Positions 43,764 through 55,002 of a stretch of DNA of 64,000 nucleotides are shown piece by piece (position 1 is the stretch's first letter; every line of letters starts with the position of its first letter). Made by a program: the position numbers and the translations under genes. The notes below the pieces were generated by a model that was not told the DNA's origin, did not search any database, and saw only the letters and a list, made by a program, of their open reading frames with translations. The stretch covers positions 704,001 to 768,000 of the forward strand of contig CM000434.1 in NCBI GenBank assembly GCA_000165345.1, read 5' to 3'.

Positions 43764-45258
43764 TTACCTTTCTTCTTCGTATCTTTTCTTGGATATATTT
43801 TTCAAAATATTCTTTATTTTGAGTAATCTTTGTTTACTCTCTAAAATTTGATCTTCTGTATTACTTAACTCTCTCTGTTTCTTAAGTAACTCAGAATTAA
43901 GCATTCTAGCTTTGTTAATCTTTTCATTAATTTCAATTTGAATCTCTTGTATTTTATTTGAATTCAAATCTTGTTCTGATAACTTTTGTTTTATTATCTC
44001 AATTTCATCTATCAAACTATTTTTTGTTATCATCAACTCTCCATTTTCTCTTATATAAACTGATATATTAAAATGACTATCATTTAGTTTATTATTGGCT
44101 TCCATAATAATTTCTTCATCATCAAATACCTCATGAATATTGAAATCTCTTTTTGTTTCCCACAAGTACTTTATTACTCGAATTTTTTCATCTAGTCCAG
44201 ATAACTGAATTTTTATTGCATTCATTGTTGACTGGATCTTATTCAAATTTGAATCCTCAATTGTATTCTTTCCTTTTATACTGATTAATTGTTCATTTAA
44301 CTTTTCTATTATTTCAATTTTCTTGCTTTCCTCACTTTTCAATTGCAATATTTGCTTTTTATTAATTAATATTTTCTTATTCAATTGTTCAATCTTTATT
44401 TTTGTATCCTTTCCTGCTCGAATCAGCTTATCTCTCTCAGTTTCTAAACTTTTTACCATCTTTTTCTTTTGTTCGTTAATTTGAGCATACTCTGTTCTTA
44501 CTGACAATATTGCAGTATTCTCCATTGACATCATTCCAAGTATACATCTTGTATTATCCTCCAGCTCTTTTAATGTATCCTCTAAATTTATTATTTCTTT
44601 CCTTCTCATTTTTGAACAAGATTCTAATGCAACAGTATTTAACTGTTTTATCATTAATTCATGTGATAACTCCTCATTCTTTTTTATTACATTACTTAAA
44701 TTCCTATCACAATTTATCTTCATTCCCACCTTCTCTTTGAGCTCCTCTTCATTTGTAATCAACCTAGATGATAATTCAGCAATATCATCCTCAATAAGCT
44801 TCAATTGACTTTTATAATCCTCCTCTTTACTTGATAATCTACTCGTTTCATTCATATAGTCGGATATCAAATCTTTAATTTCTTTAAAATTTTTTTTTAC
44901 TTCAAAATATGTACTATTTTTCATCGTTTCTATTGATTTTCTTACTCCTACTATAATCTCTTTTTCCTTTTGATACTCATCTTGAATTATCGTAAATTTT
45001 GACCAAATCTAAAACATAAAAAATTAGTAATTAATTTCTATCTTTTTTTCCTTCCAAAATCAAAGTTTTCAACCCAAATTGGTTAAATACTTCAAGTACT
45101 ATGGTTCATTAAAAAAAAGAACTTACCTTTTTAAGATTTTCATTGTTGTTTAATACTCTTTCAAATCTATGATAAAGCTCTTTAGCCTCACTTGGAGTTA
45201 CTTCCTTATTATTTATATAATTTTGGACATATTTTGAAATTTTTGAATTCAACATCAT
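43764..45258 (-). CDS. Coiled-coil protein, two exons (45258-45127 and 45008-43764, minus strand), about 458 aa
   Basis: ORF 43764-44924 is K/E/L/I-rich heptad-like coiled coil. The frame continues 28 codons upstream to an acceptor TTTTAG (minus strand, plus coords 45014-45009). A 118-nt intron begins GTAAGT (45126-45121). Upstream exon MMLNSKISKYVQNYINNKEVTPSEAKELYHRFERVLNNNENLKK is preceded by an in-frame TAA. Confidence 0.5.
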
Positions 45259-45812
45259 TTAATTAATATTCCTGCTAATATTATTACCCATCAAAACAAA
45301 TATATTATAGCTTTCTCTAAAAAATTGATTTGATTTTATCCAATGAGAAATTTAATTAATTCCTAATTTTCCGTTCCTTGCTTTTCTATTTACAGCTTTC
45401 AACATTTATTTTAATAATTTAATCATAAAACTTGTCGAAAAATTGCAAAAATACTCAATTTTACTCAATTTCTATTTTTTACTCTTTTTTTAGTACTTTG
45501 TCGCATCTGCATTATGGGCCGCATGCAATTTGCAACTAACCTTGCAATAATTTGCCCGGTATGCAACTGGCGTTGTCCACATGCAAATTATTATTACTAA
45601 TAACATCGGTATGTGCAAGTTTGCATGTAAACGAGCGCAAAAAAAAAAATATTACGTAATGTAAAAATATACAAAACAAAAATACACGTGTCAAAATATA
45701 TGTTAAATAAAATGGTTTATAAAAAATAAAAAATTTACTTAATATTTGAAGAAAGTATGAGAAATCAAATTATCGTATTTTATTGTAAGTAGTCAGAAAG
45801 ATGCTTAAGTAG

Positions 45813-47255
45813 TCAAATTTTTTTCTTAAAATGTGACTTTTTGATATTGTTGAGCTTAACTTTGAGCATCCAAGAAGGTACATCTGCGCCAGAAGACTTT
45901 ATAACCTTTGCAATGGACTTAATTTTTGGAATGTCTCTTAAAGTAAAGAAGGTTATTGCATATCCAGTTCTTCCAGCACGGCCACAACGTCCCACTCTAT
46001 GAATATAATTACTTGGAGAATGAGGGAAATCATAGTTAACTACGCAAGAAACGTTCTTAAAATCAACTCCTCTAGCCATTAAATCAGTGCAAATTAATAT
46101 CCAAATCTTACCAGTCCTAAACCTCTGAATAATGTTATCTCTCTTTACTTTTGGCATATCAGAATGTATAGCTTCCACAATCAAGTTATCATACATAAGT
46201 TTCTTAAAGAGTCTTTGAGCATCATCCTTGCTGTTTGTGAATACAAGAGTAGGAAGCATTATTTTGCCTTGCTTAATAAGTTGTCTTAATGATTCAATTT
46301 TTGCATCATCTTTTGTGACACAAACAAGCTCTTGAATGATGGTACTTGAAGCAGCTAATCTATGGCCAAGTGTTACTTTCACTGGAGATTTCATTATAGA
46401 ATCTGCTAAATTTATTACAATTTGAGGTAATGTTGCAGAAAATGCTGCAATCTGAACCTTTCCACCCTTTGGAATATTTGAATGTGATAGTATTTCATCA
46501 ATTTGAGGAGCAAAACCCATATCCAATAACTTATCAACTTCATCTAAAACAATCATTGAGCATCCTTGCAAATTAATTATATTATTACGACAAATATCTG
46601 CTAAACGATATGGAGTTGAAACCGCTATATCTAACCTCTTTGTGTTACTTTCTTGAGCTTTATCAATCTTGCCACTAATATATCTGCAACGATACTTTTT
46701 GCCATGAATATCTAAAATTATCTTAATCTCACGAACTATTTGCTGTGCTAACTCTCTTGTTGGACTTAAAATCAAGTTTGCACAGTATACTTTATCATTT
46801 TTTAATCTGCCAAGTATTGGAAGTATATAACATAAAGTTTTTCCCGAACCTGTTGGAGATTGTACAAGCAAATCAACTCCAGAAAATAGCAGAGGGATTA
46901 CCTGAGACTGGATTGCTGTTGGCTTTTGGTATTTCAATATGTTCATTATATTATCTAAAACCCAATCTGGAAGATTTCCACATTCTTTTATTTCTTTAAA
47001 TGTTAGTAATGGCATAGTCTTATTGTCTCCATCTACTGCTATATTCATTGAATTCCTCTTATCAATAATATATTCCTCATTTATTATCGTTTCTCCTTTA
47101 CTTTCTTTATCTTCTTTTTCAAAATTCTCTACGGAATTGCCATATTCTTCCAATCTTGCTTTTTCATAAGATATCTTCTCCCAAAGCTCTCTAGATTTTC
47201 TTCCGTTTGTAAATGATGTACCTGAAGCCAAAATTGAGAATGATGAACGATCCAT
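45813..47255 (-). CDS. DEAD-box (DEVD variant) ATP-dependent RNA helicase
   Basis: Motifs Q (TAIQ), I (SPTGSGKT), Ia (PTRELAQQ), II (DEVD), III (SAT), V (ARGVD), VI (HRVGRCGRAGRTG), all in order in a 480-aa ORF. Confidence 0.85.
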   Translation of the reverse strand: MDRSSFSILASGTSFTNGRKSRELWEKISYEKARLEEYGNSVENFEKEDKESKGETIINEEYIIDKRNSMNIAVDGDNKTMPLLTFKEIKECGNLPDWVLDNIMNILKYQKPTAIQSQVIPLLFSGVDLLVQSPTGSGKTLCYILPILGRLKNDKVYCANLILSPTRELAQQIVREIKIILDIHGKKYRCRYISGKIDKAQESNTKRLDIAVSTPYRLADICRNNIINLQGCSMIVLDEVDKLLDMGFAPQIDEILSHSNIPKGGKVQIAAFSATLPQIVINLADSIMKSPVKVTLGHRLAASSTIIQELVCVTKDDAKIESLRQLIKQGKIMLPTLVFTNSKDDAQRLFKKLMYDNLIVEAIHSDMPKVKRDNIIQRFRTGKIWILICTDLMARGVDFKNVSCVVNYDFPHSPSNYIHRVGRCGRAGRTGYAITFFTLRDIPKIKSIAKVIKSSGADVPSWMLKVKLNNIKKSHFKKKI

Positions 47256-47468
47256 TCTTAGTTTGTTATTGTAACTATTGCCACTAACTTATGCTTTAAG
47301 CTTTATTTAATAATTTTCTAAGCTAATACCTAATAAGAACTTTCCAATTATTATTTAGTCTCCAAATACAGCTTTCGTTATTTATCTAACTTTCTTTTTT
47401 TTTTATTTCCGAGAAAACTCCTTAAAGGCATACTTAACCTCTAATTTATATTATAAGATTCCTACGAA

Positions 47469-47484
47469 TATTGGCGCCAAAAGT
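47469..47484. promoter_or_regulatory. E2F-like ATTGGCGCCAAAAG about 215 bp upstream of the DEAD-box helicase (minus strand)
   Basis: Seen directly. Confidence 0.45.
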
Positions 47485-48176
47485 CAAATTATACAAATAT
47501 TGGTTGAGTTGAATAATGCATTAAGAATAAAATAAATTCAAAATAAAAAGAAACATATTATAAAAATATAATTATAGTTAGAAAAATGGTTAGCCTTACA
47601 AGTAATTCTATTATTAAAAATAACAATGTAAGTTGAACTGTACTAAGGACTTAAGATGCTTTAACTTCAAGTTAGCTAGTAATAGCAAGAGAAAAGTCAA
47701 GAAGATTATCAGAATTCCTTTTATTTCACTAAAAAGATTTTCAAACCTAACATGTAATTTTAATTCATCACTTAAACCAACTTGACATCAATCCCTCAAA
47801 CTTGAAATCTGTTCTGTCCTCAATATCATTTCAAAATAAGCATTAAAATAAAATAGAGAATTCCAATTTAGTATCCTCAATAAGCCTTATAGATGCTAAA
47901 AATAGTTTAAATTAATTAAGTTAACTCAAAATATTTATTTCTTTAATAGTTTTAATGGTTCATCAGAAATTTGAGCGAAGATTTCTGTTTTCAACTGCTA
48001 TTTAACAGATTCAATAGGGGAATCTTTGTTTCATCATATTAAACCATTAATGACATTATAAACTTACATTTTAATTTAAACCTTGAAAAAAAATAAGAGA
48101 ATATTTACTTCTGATTCATTTTGTCCCAAATAAATTTTTAGTACTCCGTGAAATACCAATTAAGACAAAAATCCAG

Positions 48177-48210
48177 AATGGCGCCAATTGTCATGGATGT
48201 GGCGCCAGAA
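48177..48210. promoter_or_regulatory. Paired E2F-like sites AATGGCGCCAATT and GTGGCGCCAGAA in an ORF-free spacer
   Basis: Seen directly. About 930 bp from the helicase ATG and 3' of Rab1, so the target gene is unclear. Confidence 0.3.
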
Positions 48211-48630
48211 CATGCAATTTGAAGAAACCATTCAGAGAATGTTTTGAAGCAACATCAAGAATGGCAATATAGAAAAGAAGCAAGAAATCCGTATGGGAAA
48301 TACAAGTCATACACCGAAAGAAAATAGTAAAAACACGGTTTAAGTCATGAAATCTTTAATGACATTGCAATTGTATGCTATCTAAAAAAATATATATGTA
48401 GGTAACAAGTTCAAAGTAATGTTGCAAAGCTAATAATATTCAAACTCAAAATTGAAAATAGATACTGGAAAACTTTATATCAATTTAGCAATTTATAATA
48501 TGTAACCATGTGTGTTCCTAATGGATAGTAGCATTGTAAGTATCAACACTTGCAATAATAATCTAAACGTTATTCCATATAAATAAAAACCAAAAGTGTC
48601 AATTCTACATAAGAGCTACAAGTGCAATAT

Positions 48631-49242
48631 TTATGAGCAGCATCCGCCTTGTCTAATTGGCTGAGCTCCTGCTAACTTGGGACCTTGTTGCGCAGAGCCC
48701 CTTGTATTCTGACTATTCACTTGAACTCTCTTCTTGATCTCACCAGCCATTGTATGGAATGCTTGCTCAACATTATAAGCGTTTTTAGCAGAAGTTTCTA
48801 TAAATTTTATTCCATGAGAATCTGCAAGTTCTCTTCCCTCGTCTGATGTTACCACTCTCTTGCTCACAAGATCGCACTTATTACCTACTAACAATTTATT
48901 AACATTCTCCATTGCGTATCTATCAATCTCTTGGATCCATTGTTTAACATTATCAAAAGAATCTCTATCTGTAACATCATAGACAATAATGATTCCATGT
49001 GCCCCTCTATAATAACTAGAAGTAATTGTTCTAAACCTTTCTTGTCCTGCAGTATCCCAAATCTGTAACTTTACTGTCTTATTCTCCAAACTTATTGTTC
49101 TTATCTTGAAATCAACCCCAATTGTTGAAATATAACTGTCAGTATAGGTGTCATCAGCAAATCGTAAGAGTAAGCATGATTTACCTACACCACTATCTCC
49201 TATTAAAAGTAGTTTGAATAAGTAGTCGTACTCAGGATTCAT
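48631..49242 (-). CDS. RAB1: Rab1/Ypt1-family small GTPase
   Basis: 203 aa. [23 protein letters not shown]...[11 protein letters not shown]...[31 protein letters not shown]...GNKCDL...ETSAK...CCS, with effector and RabF motifs typical of Rab1 and a C-terminal CC prenylation motif. Confidence 0.9.
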   Translation of the reverse strand: MNPEYDYLFKLLLIGDSGVGKSCLLLRFADDTYTDSYISTIGVDFKIRTISLENKTVKLQIWDTAGQERFRTITSSYYRGAHGIIIVYDVTDRDSFDNVKQWIQEIDRYAMENVNKLLVGNKCDLVSKRVVTSDEGRELADSHGIKFIETSAKNAYNVEQAFHTMAGEIKKRVQVNSQNTRGSAQQGPKLAGAQPIRQGGCCS

Positions 49243-49445
49243 CTGAACCTATTATCCTGAGAAACTCTAAATTTTATATATTGTAATCACTTGATCCTTC
49301 CCTTATGTATCACCCTTACAACACAAAAAAAATTATCCTTTTCACTCAAGTTAGCGCTGAAGACGCCAGTAATTTGTATGGTTAAAATGCTTTTTTTCCC
49401 TCAAATTCACAATTTATGCTAGCCTCCAAAAAATGTGGTTCACAG

Positions 49446-49470
49446 ATGGCGGGTTTTGTGGCGCCAAGAG
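49446..49470. promoter_or_regulatory. E2F-like ATGGCGGG / TTTTGTGGCGCCAAGAG about 210 bp upstream of Rab1
   Basis: Seen directly. Further TTTTGTGGCGCCAGAG plus CATGCATG/GCATGC at 49718-49769. Confidence 0.45.
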
Positions 49471-49770
49471 TTCAAATTTTGTTATAATTTAATTTAAAAT
49501 ACTAATTAACTATGAAAAAACAAATATTGAAATAATAAAAATATTTTTAAAAAAAGTTATTATAGTTATCTTTAATACCTCAAAAAACAACTAAGTGGGT
49601 TAAAAATACAAAGTGAGCTACCTGAGAAACTTCCTTGTCTGTGGTTGGTTTACCAATATATAAATTAGTCTTGGAATTTGCTTCTCCCCACATATTATAA
49701 TTTAATGGTGCACGTAATTTTGTGGCGCCAGAGTCATGCATGTAAAATAGTGTATTGGATTTTGCATGCG

Positions 49771-51399
49771 CTAGTTTACTTTGACATTGGGCTTTTTATG
49801 CAAGGGTTGTGAGCTTGATTTATCAGAATTCTGTTTAAGAGAACGAGAAAGCATTCTGTCTCTCTTACCGGGTTTATTCTTTGACTTTTTAATAGGTGAA
49901 ATGGTGTTAAGAATTTTAGAATCTCCTGAAGTATTTTTGATTTGTTCTTGTTTAGAATAATCAGAGTCAGCTACTGGATCAATCTTGTGTATAAGATCAT
50001 TAGTCCATTTTTCTTTGCCCCAAGTCTTGATGTAGCTATTTGACTTGCTTCTGTCTTTTTTAATTTGTTTAGGAATATCATTCGAAATCTTTTTAAGCTT
50101 AGCAACGAAGAAGCCATCCATATTATTGAGATGAGGGTATATTCTTCTAGTATATGTGGAAATTGTAGGATTAAATCTATGCTCCCTAAACTTGGAGATA
50201 CCATTTGATCCAATTTCAACTCCTAAAGGAACCAACTTAACATGACGAGTTCTTAAAATATAGTCAATAACCATCTCATTTTCCTCAATAGAAATAGAAC
50301 AAGTAGAATAAACAATATACCCACCTGTTTTGCTATTAGCATCAACCATATCAACAGCAGCTTTAAGGAGTTCCTTTTGCAACAAAGAGTGTTGAGCCAA
50401 CTCTTTAATGCTTCTCTTTACCTTAACAGATGGATCCCTTGCAATAATTCCAAGACCTGTGCATGGAGCATCAAGTAGTACTCTATCAAGTTTTGGAAGG
50501 AATGATCCTAACTCCTTACCATCCATATTAACTACAATACTATTATTAATACCCATTCTATGAAGATTAGCAATCAAACCAGTACATCTGTCCTTTCTTA
50601 AATCATTTGCATATAATATGCCAGAGTTCTTCATTAATTGTCCAATATAAGTTGTTTTACCACCTGGAGCTGCTGCCATATCAAGAATCTTCTCTCCTGG
50701 TTGAGGGGCTAATGCCATAACTGGAATAAGACTAGAAGCGCTTTGAATCATATAATGTCCGGCAAGATACTCTGGAGTTGCACCAATTGGAACACTACTC
50801 GAATATATTGTAAGTCCAACCTTGGTCCATTCACCTGTAGGATCTACGTTTGCACCTCTAGAAATCAATTTCTGTGCCAAATCTCTTCTTCTACTCTTAA
50901 GCATATTGGTTCTAATTGTTAAAGGTCTCTTATTTTCATTTGCCTCAAAGAAATCTAAAGCTTCTTTTGGAGAAAACAAGTTTAATATGTAGTTTGTAAG
51001 CTCAGTATTATATCCATATAGGATTGATATATCATCCGCTAATTTATCCATCAATTCACTTCTGGATGCTTTTTTTGAGTTTAAGCCTTTATATTCTATA
51101 GTGGCTTTACCTGGACCTTTTGAGTCCAAATACTCAACTATTGATTCTACTCTTGATTTTATTGTTTCCAAATCTTCACCAGTAACTCTTAATCCAAATG
51201 GGCCAATAGTATCGTCATCACCTTTCTTAATATTTATGGCAATTTCATCTTCATCATCCCTTTCTTGATCAAAATTTGTTACAAATTCGTCATTTATCTC
51301 CTCTCCTTCCTCAGATTGTAAATCAGAATCTGAAAATCCCTCGTTTGAGAAATGATCTTCAGTCTCCGAATCCGTAGATAATACGTCCTTACCCTTCAT
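49771..51399 (-). CDS. NOP2: Nop2/NSUN-family rRNA (cytosine-C5) methyltransferase
   Basis: SAM-MTase motifs ILDMAAAPGGKTTYIGQLM, ANDLRKDR, DRVLLDAPCTGLGIIARDP, GGYIVYSTCSI (both catalytic Cys present). Acidic N-terminus and basic C-terminal tail. Confidence 0.85.
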   Translation of the reverse strand: MKGKDVLSTDSETEDHFSNEGFSDSDLQSEEGEEINDEFVTNFDQERDDEDEIAINIKKGDDDTIGPFGLRVTGEDLETIKSRVESIVEYLDSKGPGKATIEYKGLNSKKASRSELMDKLADDISILYGYNTELTNYILNLFSPKEALDFFEANENKRPLTIRTNMLKSRRRDLAQKLISRGANVDPTGEWTKVGLTIYSSSVPIGATPEYLAGHYMIQSASSLIPVMALAPQPGEKILDMAAAPGGKTTYIGQLMKNSGILYANDLRKDRCTGLIANLHRMGINNSIVVNMDGKELGSFLPKLDRVLLDAPCTGLGIIARDPSVKVKRSIKELAQHSLLQKELLKAAVDMVDANSKTGGYIVYSTCSISIEENEMVIDYILRTRHVKLVPLGVEIGSNGISKFREHRFNPTISTYTRRIYPHLNNMDGFFVAKLKKISNDIPKQIKKDRSKSNSYIKTWGKEKWTNDLIHKIDPVADSDYSKQEQIKNTSGDSKILNTISPIKKSKNKPGKRDRMLSRSLKQNSDKSSSQPLHKKPNVKVN

Positions 51400-51705
51400 T
51401 TTTCAATTTATATATGTTACCTTTTATGCTAATTTACCTACAAACTTCGGCTAATATCTAAAAAGTTTCACCCTTGAATGGCAACTAAATCAATACTTTG
51501 ATTCTGCCTTACTTTATTATTATTATTGGCTTCTCTTAAATATCTTCCAAGTTTATTTTACTTATTCAATAAGTTCAACCTAGAAGCAATTTTGACCGGT
51601 TTAACTAATTTTTTATGCTCTAGTCATCTATCAAATTCTATCTAAATTATCAAATTTGACTATTGCTTTTTTATTTCTATATTATTTAATTTCTATCATT
51701 TCACC

Positions 51706-51767
51706 GTTGGCGCCCAACCAGTAGGTACCGCATGTAGCTACCGGTATATAAGCCATGTTGGCGCCCA
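51706..51767. promoter_or_regulatory. GTTGGCGCCCAA - CTACCGGTAT - GTTGGCGCCCA cluster 310-370 bp upstream of Nop2
   Basis: Seen directly. Confidence 0.45.
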
Positions 51768-51888
51768 TTTTCATTTAAAATAATTGATTAATCAAATGTG
51801 TGGAAAAATAAATATAAAATTAAAAAGTAATAAAAATTTAAATTATATTGATCAAAATTGATTTGTATTCAACTTTTCTTAGTATTAA

Positions 51889-53646
51889 TTAAAATATAGA
51901 AATGTTTTTGAGACTGAGTTGAATAGGCCTGGTTGTAATTACTATTCCAAAAATTATAAAAGCGCTTGTAATTGCGACAACATTGAAAGTCATTGTATGG
52001 TCTAAAAAAACCGTTGGAATTATATTTATGTTGTGATATATAGTTTTATAATCATTATTATTTTCCTTTAAATCTTCTTGAATTTTCCAATAAGATAGTG
52101 AAGGAGGAGATATCTGCCCTCTTTTAAGCTTTGCACCAAGATATACAAGTGGGAGAAAGTATTTTTGAAATTTGAATATAACAATAACATTTGTATTTGG
52201 AGTTAAATCGATACAAAAGTTTACCAATATATTTTCTGATTTATAAATCTTAATATTTAGAAACTGTAAGGCTTTAAAAGAGTCCAAAATTAGAATATCA
52301 TCATTTTTGTTATGTATATCTATAATATTTTTGATCACTTTGGATCTTGCTAATAAGACTCGGGTATTGTAGAACCAAGGATTAATATATCTTGGGAACT
52401 GCTCCCAGTGACAAATTCTTATTGTTTTCTTAGAAAGAAGATTATCAAAAGCAATTATTAAACTTCCTTCTGTTCTATCATTCTTAATGTCATTTCCTAT
52501 TACTGACTTGACATAGGATCTATCTATATGTAAAAAGTTTAACTTTGACTTATTCTCAAGTTGTTCCCGAGGATGTAAAGCAGAAATATCTTTGATCCAT
52601 TTTAATCCACATACTTGTTTTAAAAACTCTAAACTTAATTTTATTGTTGTGTTATTTAGGTTTAATGTATTCATCTCTAAGCTAAATAGATCCTCATGTA
52701 TTGGGTGTTTATATGGAACAATATTGCAAATATCGTTATTTTCATGATCTAATACATTTTTTTTCAGAGGTATACTATTTAAAAAATAACTAATCTTGGA
52801 CTCTGCAACAACTGAACAAATAAAATCTTTGTAATCTGGTTCTTCAAGATCAATCAATGACCATAAAGTCTTGTTTTGCTCCTTTTCTATTGTATATAAA
52901 GGTTTTCCTTTCAAAACTATATTAAAGAAGATCCTGAAATATGCTTTTTTTCCTCTTTTCTTGAGCTCTAATCCTATTGATTTGTACGATGCTTTTACAA
53001 AAGAATCCAATGATATATTCTTGAGTATGCCATAAGATCCTATTTTACTTGAAAAGTCTAAAGTTGTACAAGGAAGTAACTTTCTCCAGCAATTCAAATT
53101 ATCCATACATAAAGTATCGTCATAGTTATTACATATTTGTCTATTTAAACCGGTACCTTTCTTAATTTGAGTACAACTCTTTTCTCTATCTAATGAATTA
53201 CTAAAGACTGTCAAAGAATTACACATCATCGAAGAAACTCTAGTTAATATGGATGACCATAACTCTTCTGAAACTAAGCTTGCATCTGAAAACCCCAGAT
53301 TTAATATTGAACCTGTAGTATAAATATCAACAGGAGGTTCTCCCCAGTTAACTGTTCTCCACATTCCTTGTGTTGAAACTACTAACAAATCGTCAAGTAA
53401 AGGAATCTGCAATAATCCCAAAAGTTCATTTGGAATAAACTTATCATCTTTATTGGTCAAATTATTATCTACTTCTATCTCCAACTCGTATCCTAAAAAA
53501 TATTTAGTTTTATGAGGTAGTCTATTAATTGTAGTCTTTTCCAGATACTTTTCCCTATTTTCGTTACTTTGAACAAATCCAACTAATACTATAAATATCA
53601 AAGATATTGTCAAGAAACTCATTTTGAATAAACTCATGTCCTTCAT
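51889..53646 (-). CDS. PIGT: GPI transamidase component PIG-T/Gpi16-like type I membrane protein
   Basis: Signal peptide MSLFKMSFLTISLIFIVLVGFVQS. STQGMWRTVNWGEPP compared with human PIG-T TQGFWRTRYWGPP. CWRKLLPCTT compared with PWKKLLPCSS. Single C-terminal TM (FNVVAITSAFIIFGIVITT). Length 585 aa, similar to PIG-T. Confidence 0.6.
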   Translation of the reverse strand: MKDMSLFKMSFLTISLIFIVLVGFVQSNENREKYLEKTTINRLPHKTKYFLGYELEIEVDNNLTNKDDKFIPNELLGLLQIPLLDDLLVVSTQGMWRTVNWGEPPVDIYTTGSILNLGFSDASLVSEELWSSILTRVSSMMCNSLTVFSNSLDREKSCTQIKKGTGLNRQICNNYDDTLCMDNLNCWRKLLPCTTLDFSSKIGSYGILKNISLDSFVKASYKSIGLELKKRGKKAYFRIFFNIVLKGKPLYTIEKEQNKTLWSLIDLEEPDYKDFICSVVAESKISYFLNSIPLKKNVLDHENNDICNIVPYKHPIHEDLFSLEMNTLNLNNTTIKLSLEFLKQVCGLKWIKDISALHPREQLENKSKLNFLHIDRSYVKSVIGNDIKNDRTEGSLIIAFDNLLSKKTIRICHWEQFPRYINPWFYNTRVLLARSKVIKNIIDIHNKNDDILILDSFKALQFLNIKIYKSENILVNFCIDLTPNTNVIVIFKFQKYFLPLVYLGAKLKRGQISPPSLSYWKIQEDLKENNNDYKTIYHNINIIPTVFLDHTMTFNVVAITSAFIIFGIVITTRPIQLSLKNISIF

Positions 53647-53761
53647 AAGGACCTTCCCACACTCAAAAAGTCTCCAAGCTCCTCCCTTCTCTTTAACTCA
53701 AATTATACTCTTTCAATTCCTCTTCAAACCTTAACTATATTTCCTTTTATTAATTAAAATG

Positions 53762-53771
53762 TTTTGGCGGG
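53762..53771. promoter_or_regulatory. E2F-like TTTTGGCGGG in the PIG-T / 53906 divergent promoter
   Basis: Seen directly. Confidence 0.4.
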
Positions 53772-53905
53772 CTTTCTGGCATCAAAGAAATTTTACAAAA
53801 ACTTGAAATCAAGTTAAGAAGTAGAAATAATGAAATTTTGATGTGTTCTTTGTGTGAATTAGATGAATAGAGCAAAGTACTTTTAATCTGATTAAGAATA
53901 CAGAG

Positions 53906-54583
53906 ATGTCAGATGTTAGTGAAAATACGCTCAAGATTATTAAAGCAGCAAATAGGTCTCTTCAGCTTCATCAAGATAGGCTAGGAAAGACAAAAATAGC
54001 AGAGAATAAGGAGAACTCTCAATTTAAGAGCCAAAATAAAATAGAACTTGGGGATGAAAAGTCTTCAAGATTAAAGACTAAGCGAGTAAATTCAAAAAAA
54101 GAGATAGAAATAGTAACAAAGAAGCAACATGACGAGGAATCAATAGAAAAAACTCAAGAAAAAGTCAGAGAACTTGAAGACCAGATCTCTAAAATACTGG
54201 AATATTCATCAGTACTTGAAGAAACTTTAAAAAAAAATATTGACCAAACAAACAAAATTAATAAGAACCATTGCTGTTGCAATCAGCAGACCCACAATAA
54301 GAAACTTGACAAATTAATGATTGCTGATATAGTAAAAGATGTTGTTTACTCACTAAATAGAAAGAAAATACAACCCCAAGTCAAACCCTACATTATTCAC
54401 ACTAAAACACAATCAAAAATTAATTCTAATCTATCAATTTACACATCAACCGTGGAATATCTTTCAAACTTCATCCTAGAACTATGTATTGATGATATTC
54501 TAACCTCTTTAGACACTTCCATACACAATTTTTCTGTCAAACTTGTAAAAGGAAAGTATTTTGAAACTGAGACCATCCCATAA
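53906..54583 (+). CDS. Hypothetical K/E-rich protein (225 aa)
   Basis: ORF sharing a divergent promoter (E2F-like TTTTGGCGGG at 53762) with PIG-T. No recognised domain. Confidence 0.4.
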   Translation: MSDVSENTLKIIKAANRSLQLHQDRLGKTKIAENKENSQFKSQNKIELGDEKSSRLKTKRVNSKKEIEIVTKKQHDEESIEKTQEKVRELEDQISKILEYSSVLEETLKKNIDQTNKINKNHCCCNQQTHNKKLDKLMIADIVKDVVYSLNRKKIQPQVKPYIIHTKTQSKINSNLSIYTSTVEYLSNFILELCIDDILTSLDTSIHNFSVKLVKGKYFETETIP

Positions 54584-54587
54584 ATAC

Positions 54588-54609
54588 TTGGCGCCATGTG
54601 GCGGGAACT
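54588..54609. promoter_or_regulatory. Tandem E2F-like CTTGGCGCCATGTGGCGGGAAC
   Basis: Seen directly, immediately 3' of the 53906 gene and about 150 bp 5' of the candidate small gene at 54756. Confidence 0.4.
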
Positions 54610-54755
54610 CTGGGAAATTAAGAGTAATTGGATAAGCTTGAGTAAATAAATTAAAGCAAGATAGGAAAAAAATAATAAGGAATTCAAAATTTAAAGAATT
54701 GGCCATAAGAGAAAGATTTTTAGGAGTATTTCTTAAGTAAGAGTATAAAAAGAAG

Positions 54756-55002
54756 ATGTTAAGCAAGGTACTTAGTTCTATAGTTTTTTGTCTGGTTAGT
54801 TTGTTTTGTTTTGCAAACGTAAGTTTAATAATTACACAACAAAAGTTGTGAAAAGAATAGGAATAAAATTTAACTTTAACCTATTTTGTTTTGTTTTTTA
54901 GGCTCAATCTGTACCAAGAGATGCAACAAGTATACAAATTACACTCTGGTTGAGTGTTTCTCTGGTTGCAACTTTGATAGTCTTTTTATATTTTATGATT
55001 AA
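54756..55002 (+). CDS. Candidate small secreted peptide gene, two exons (54756-54818 and 54901-55002), 54 aa. Speculative.
   Basis: ATG 54756. Exon 1 MLSKVLSSIVFCLVSLFCFAN (signal-peptide-like) ends in phase 0 at a GTAAGT donor (54819-54824). Acceptor TTTTGTTTTTTAG ends at 54900. Exon 2 is AQSVPRDATSIQITLWLSVSSGCNFDSLFIFYD then stop. Tandem E2F-like sites (54588-54609) lie about 150 bp upstream. Confidence 0.2.
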
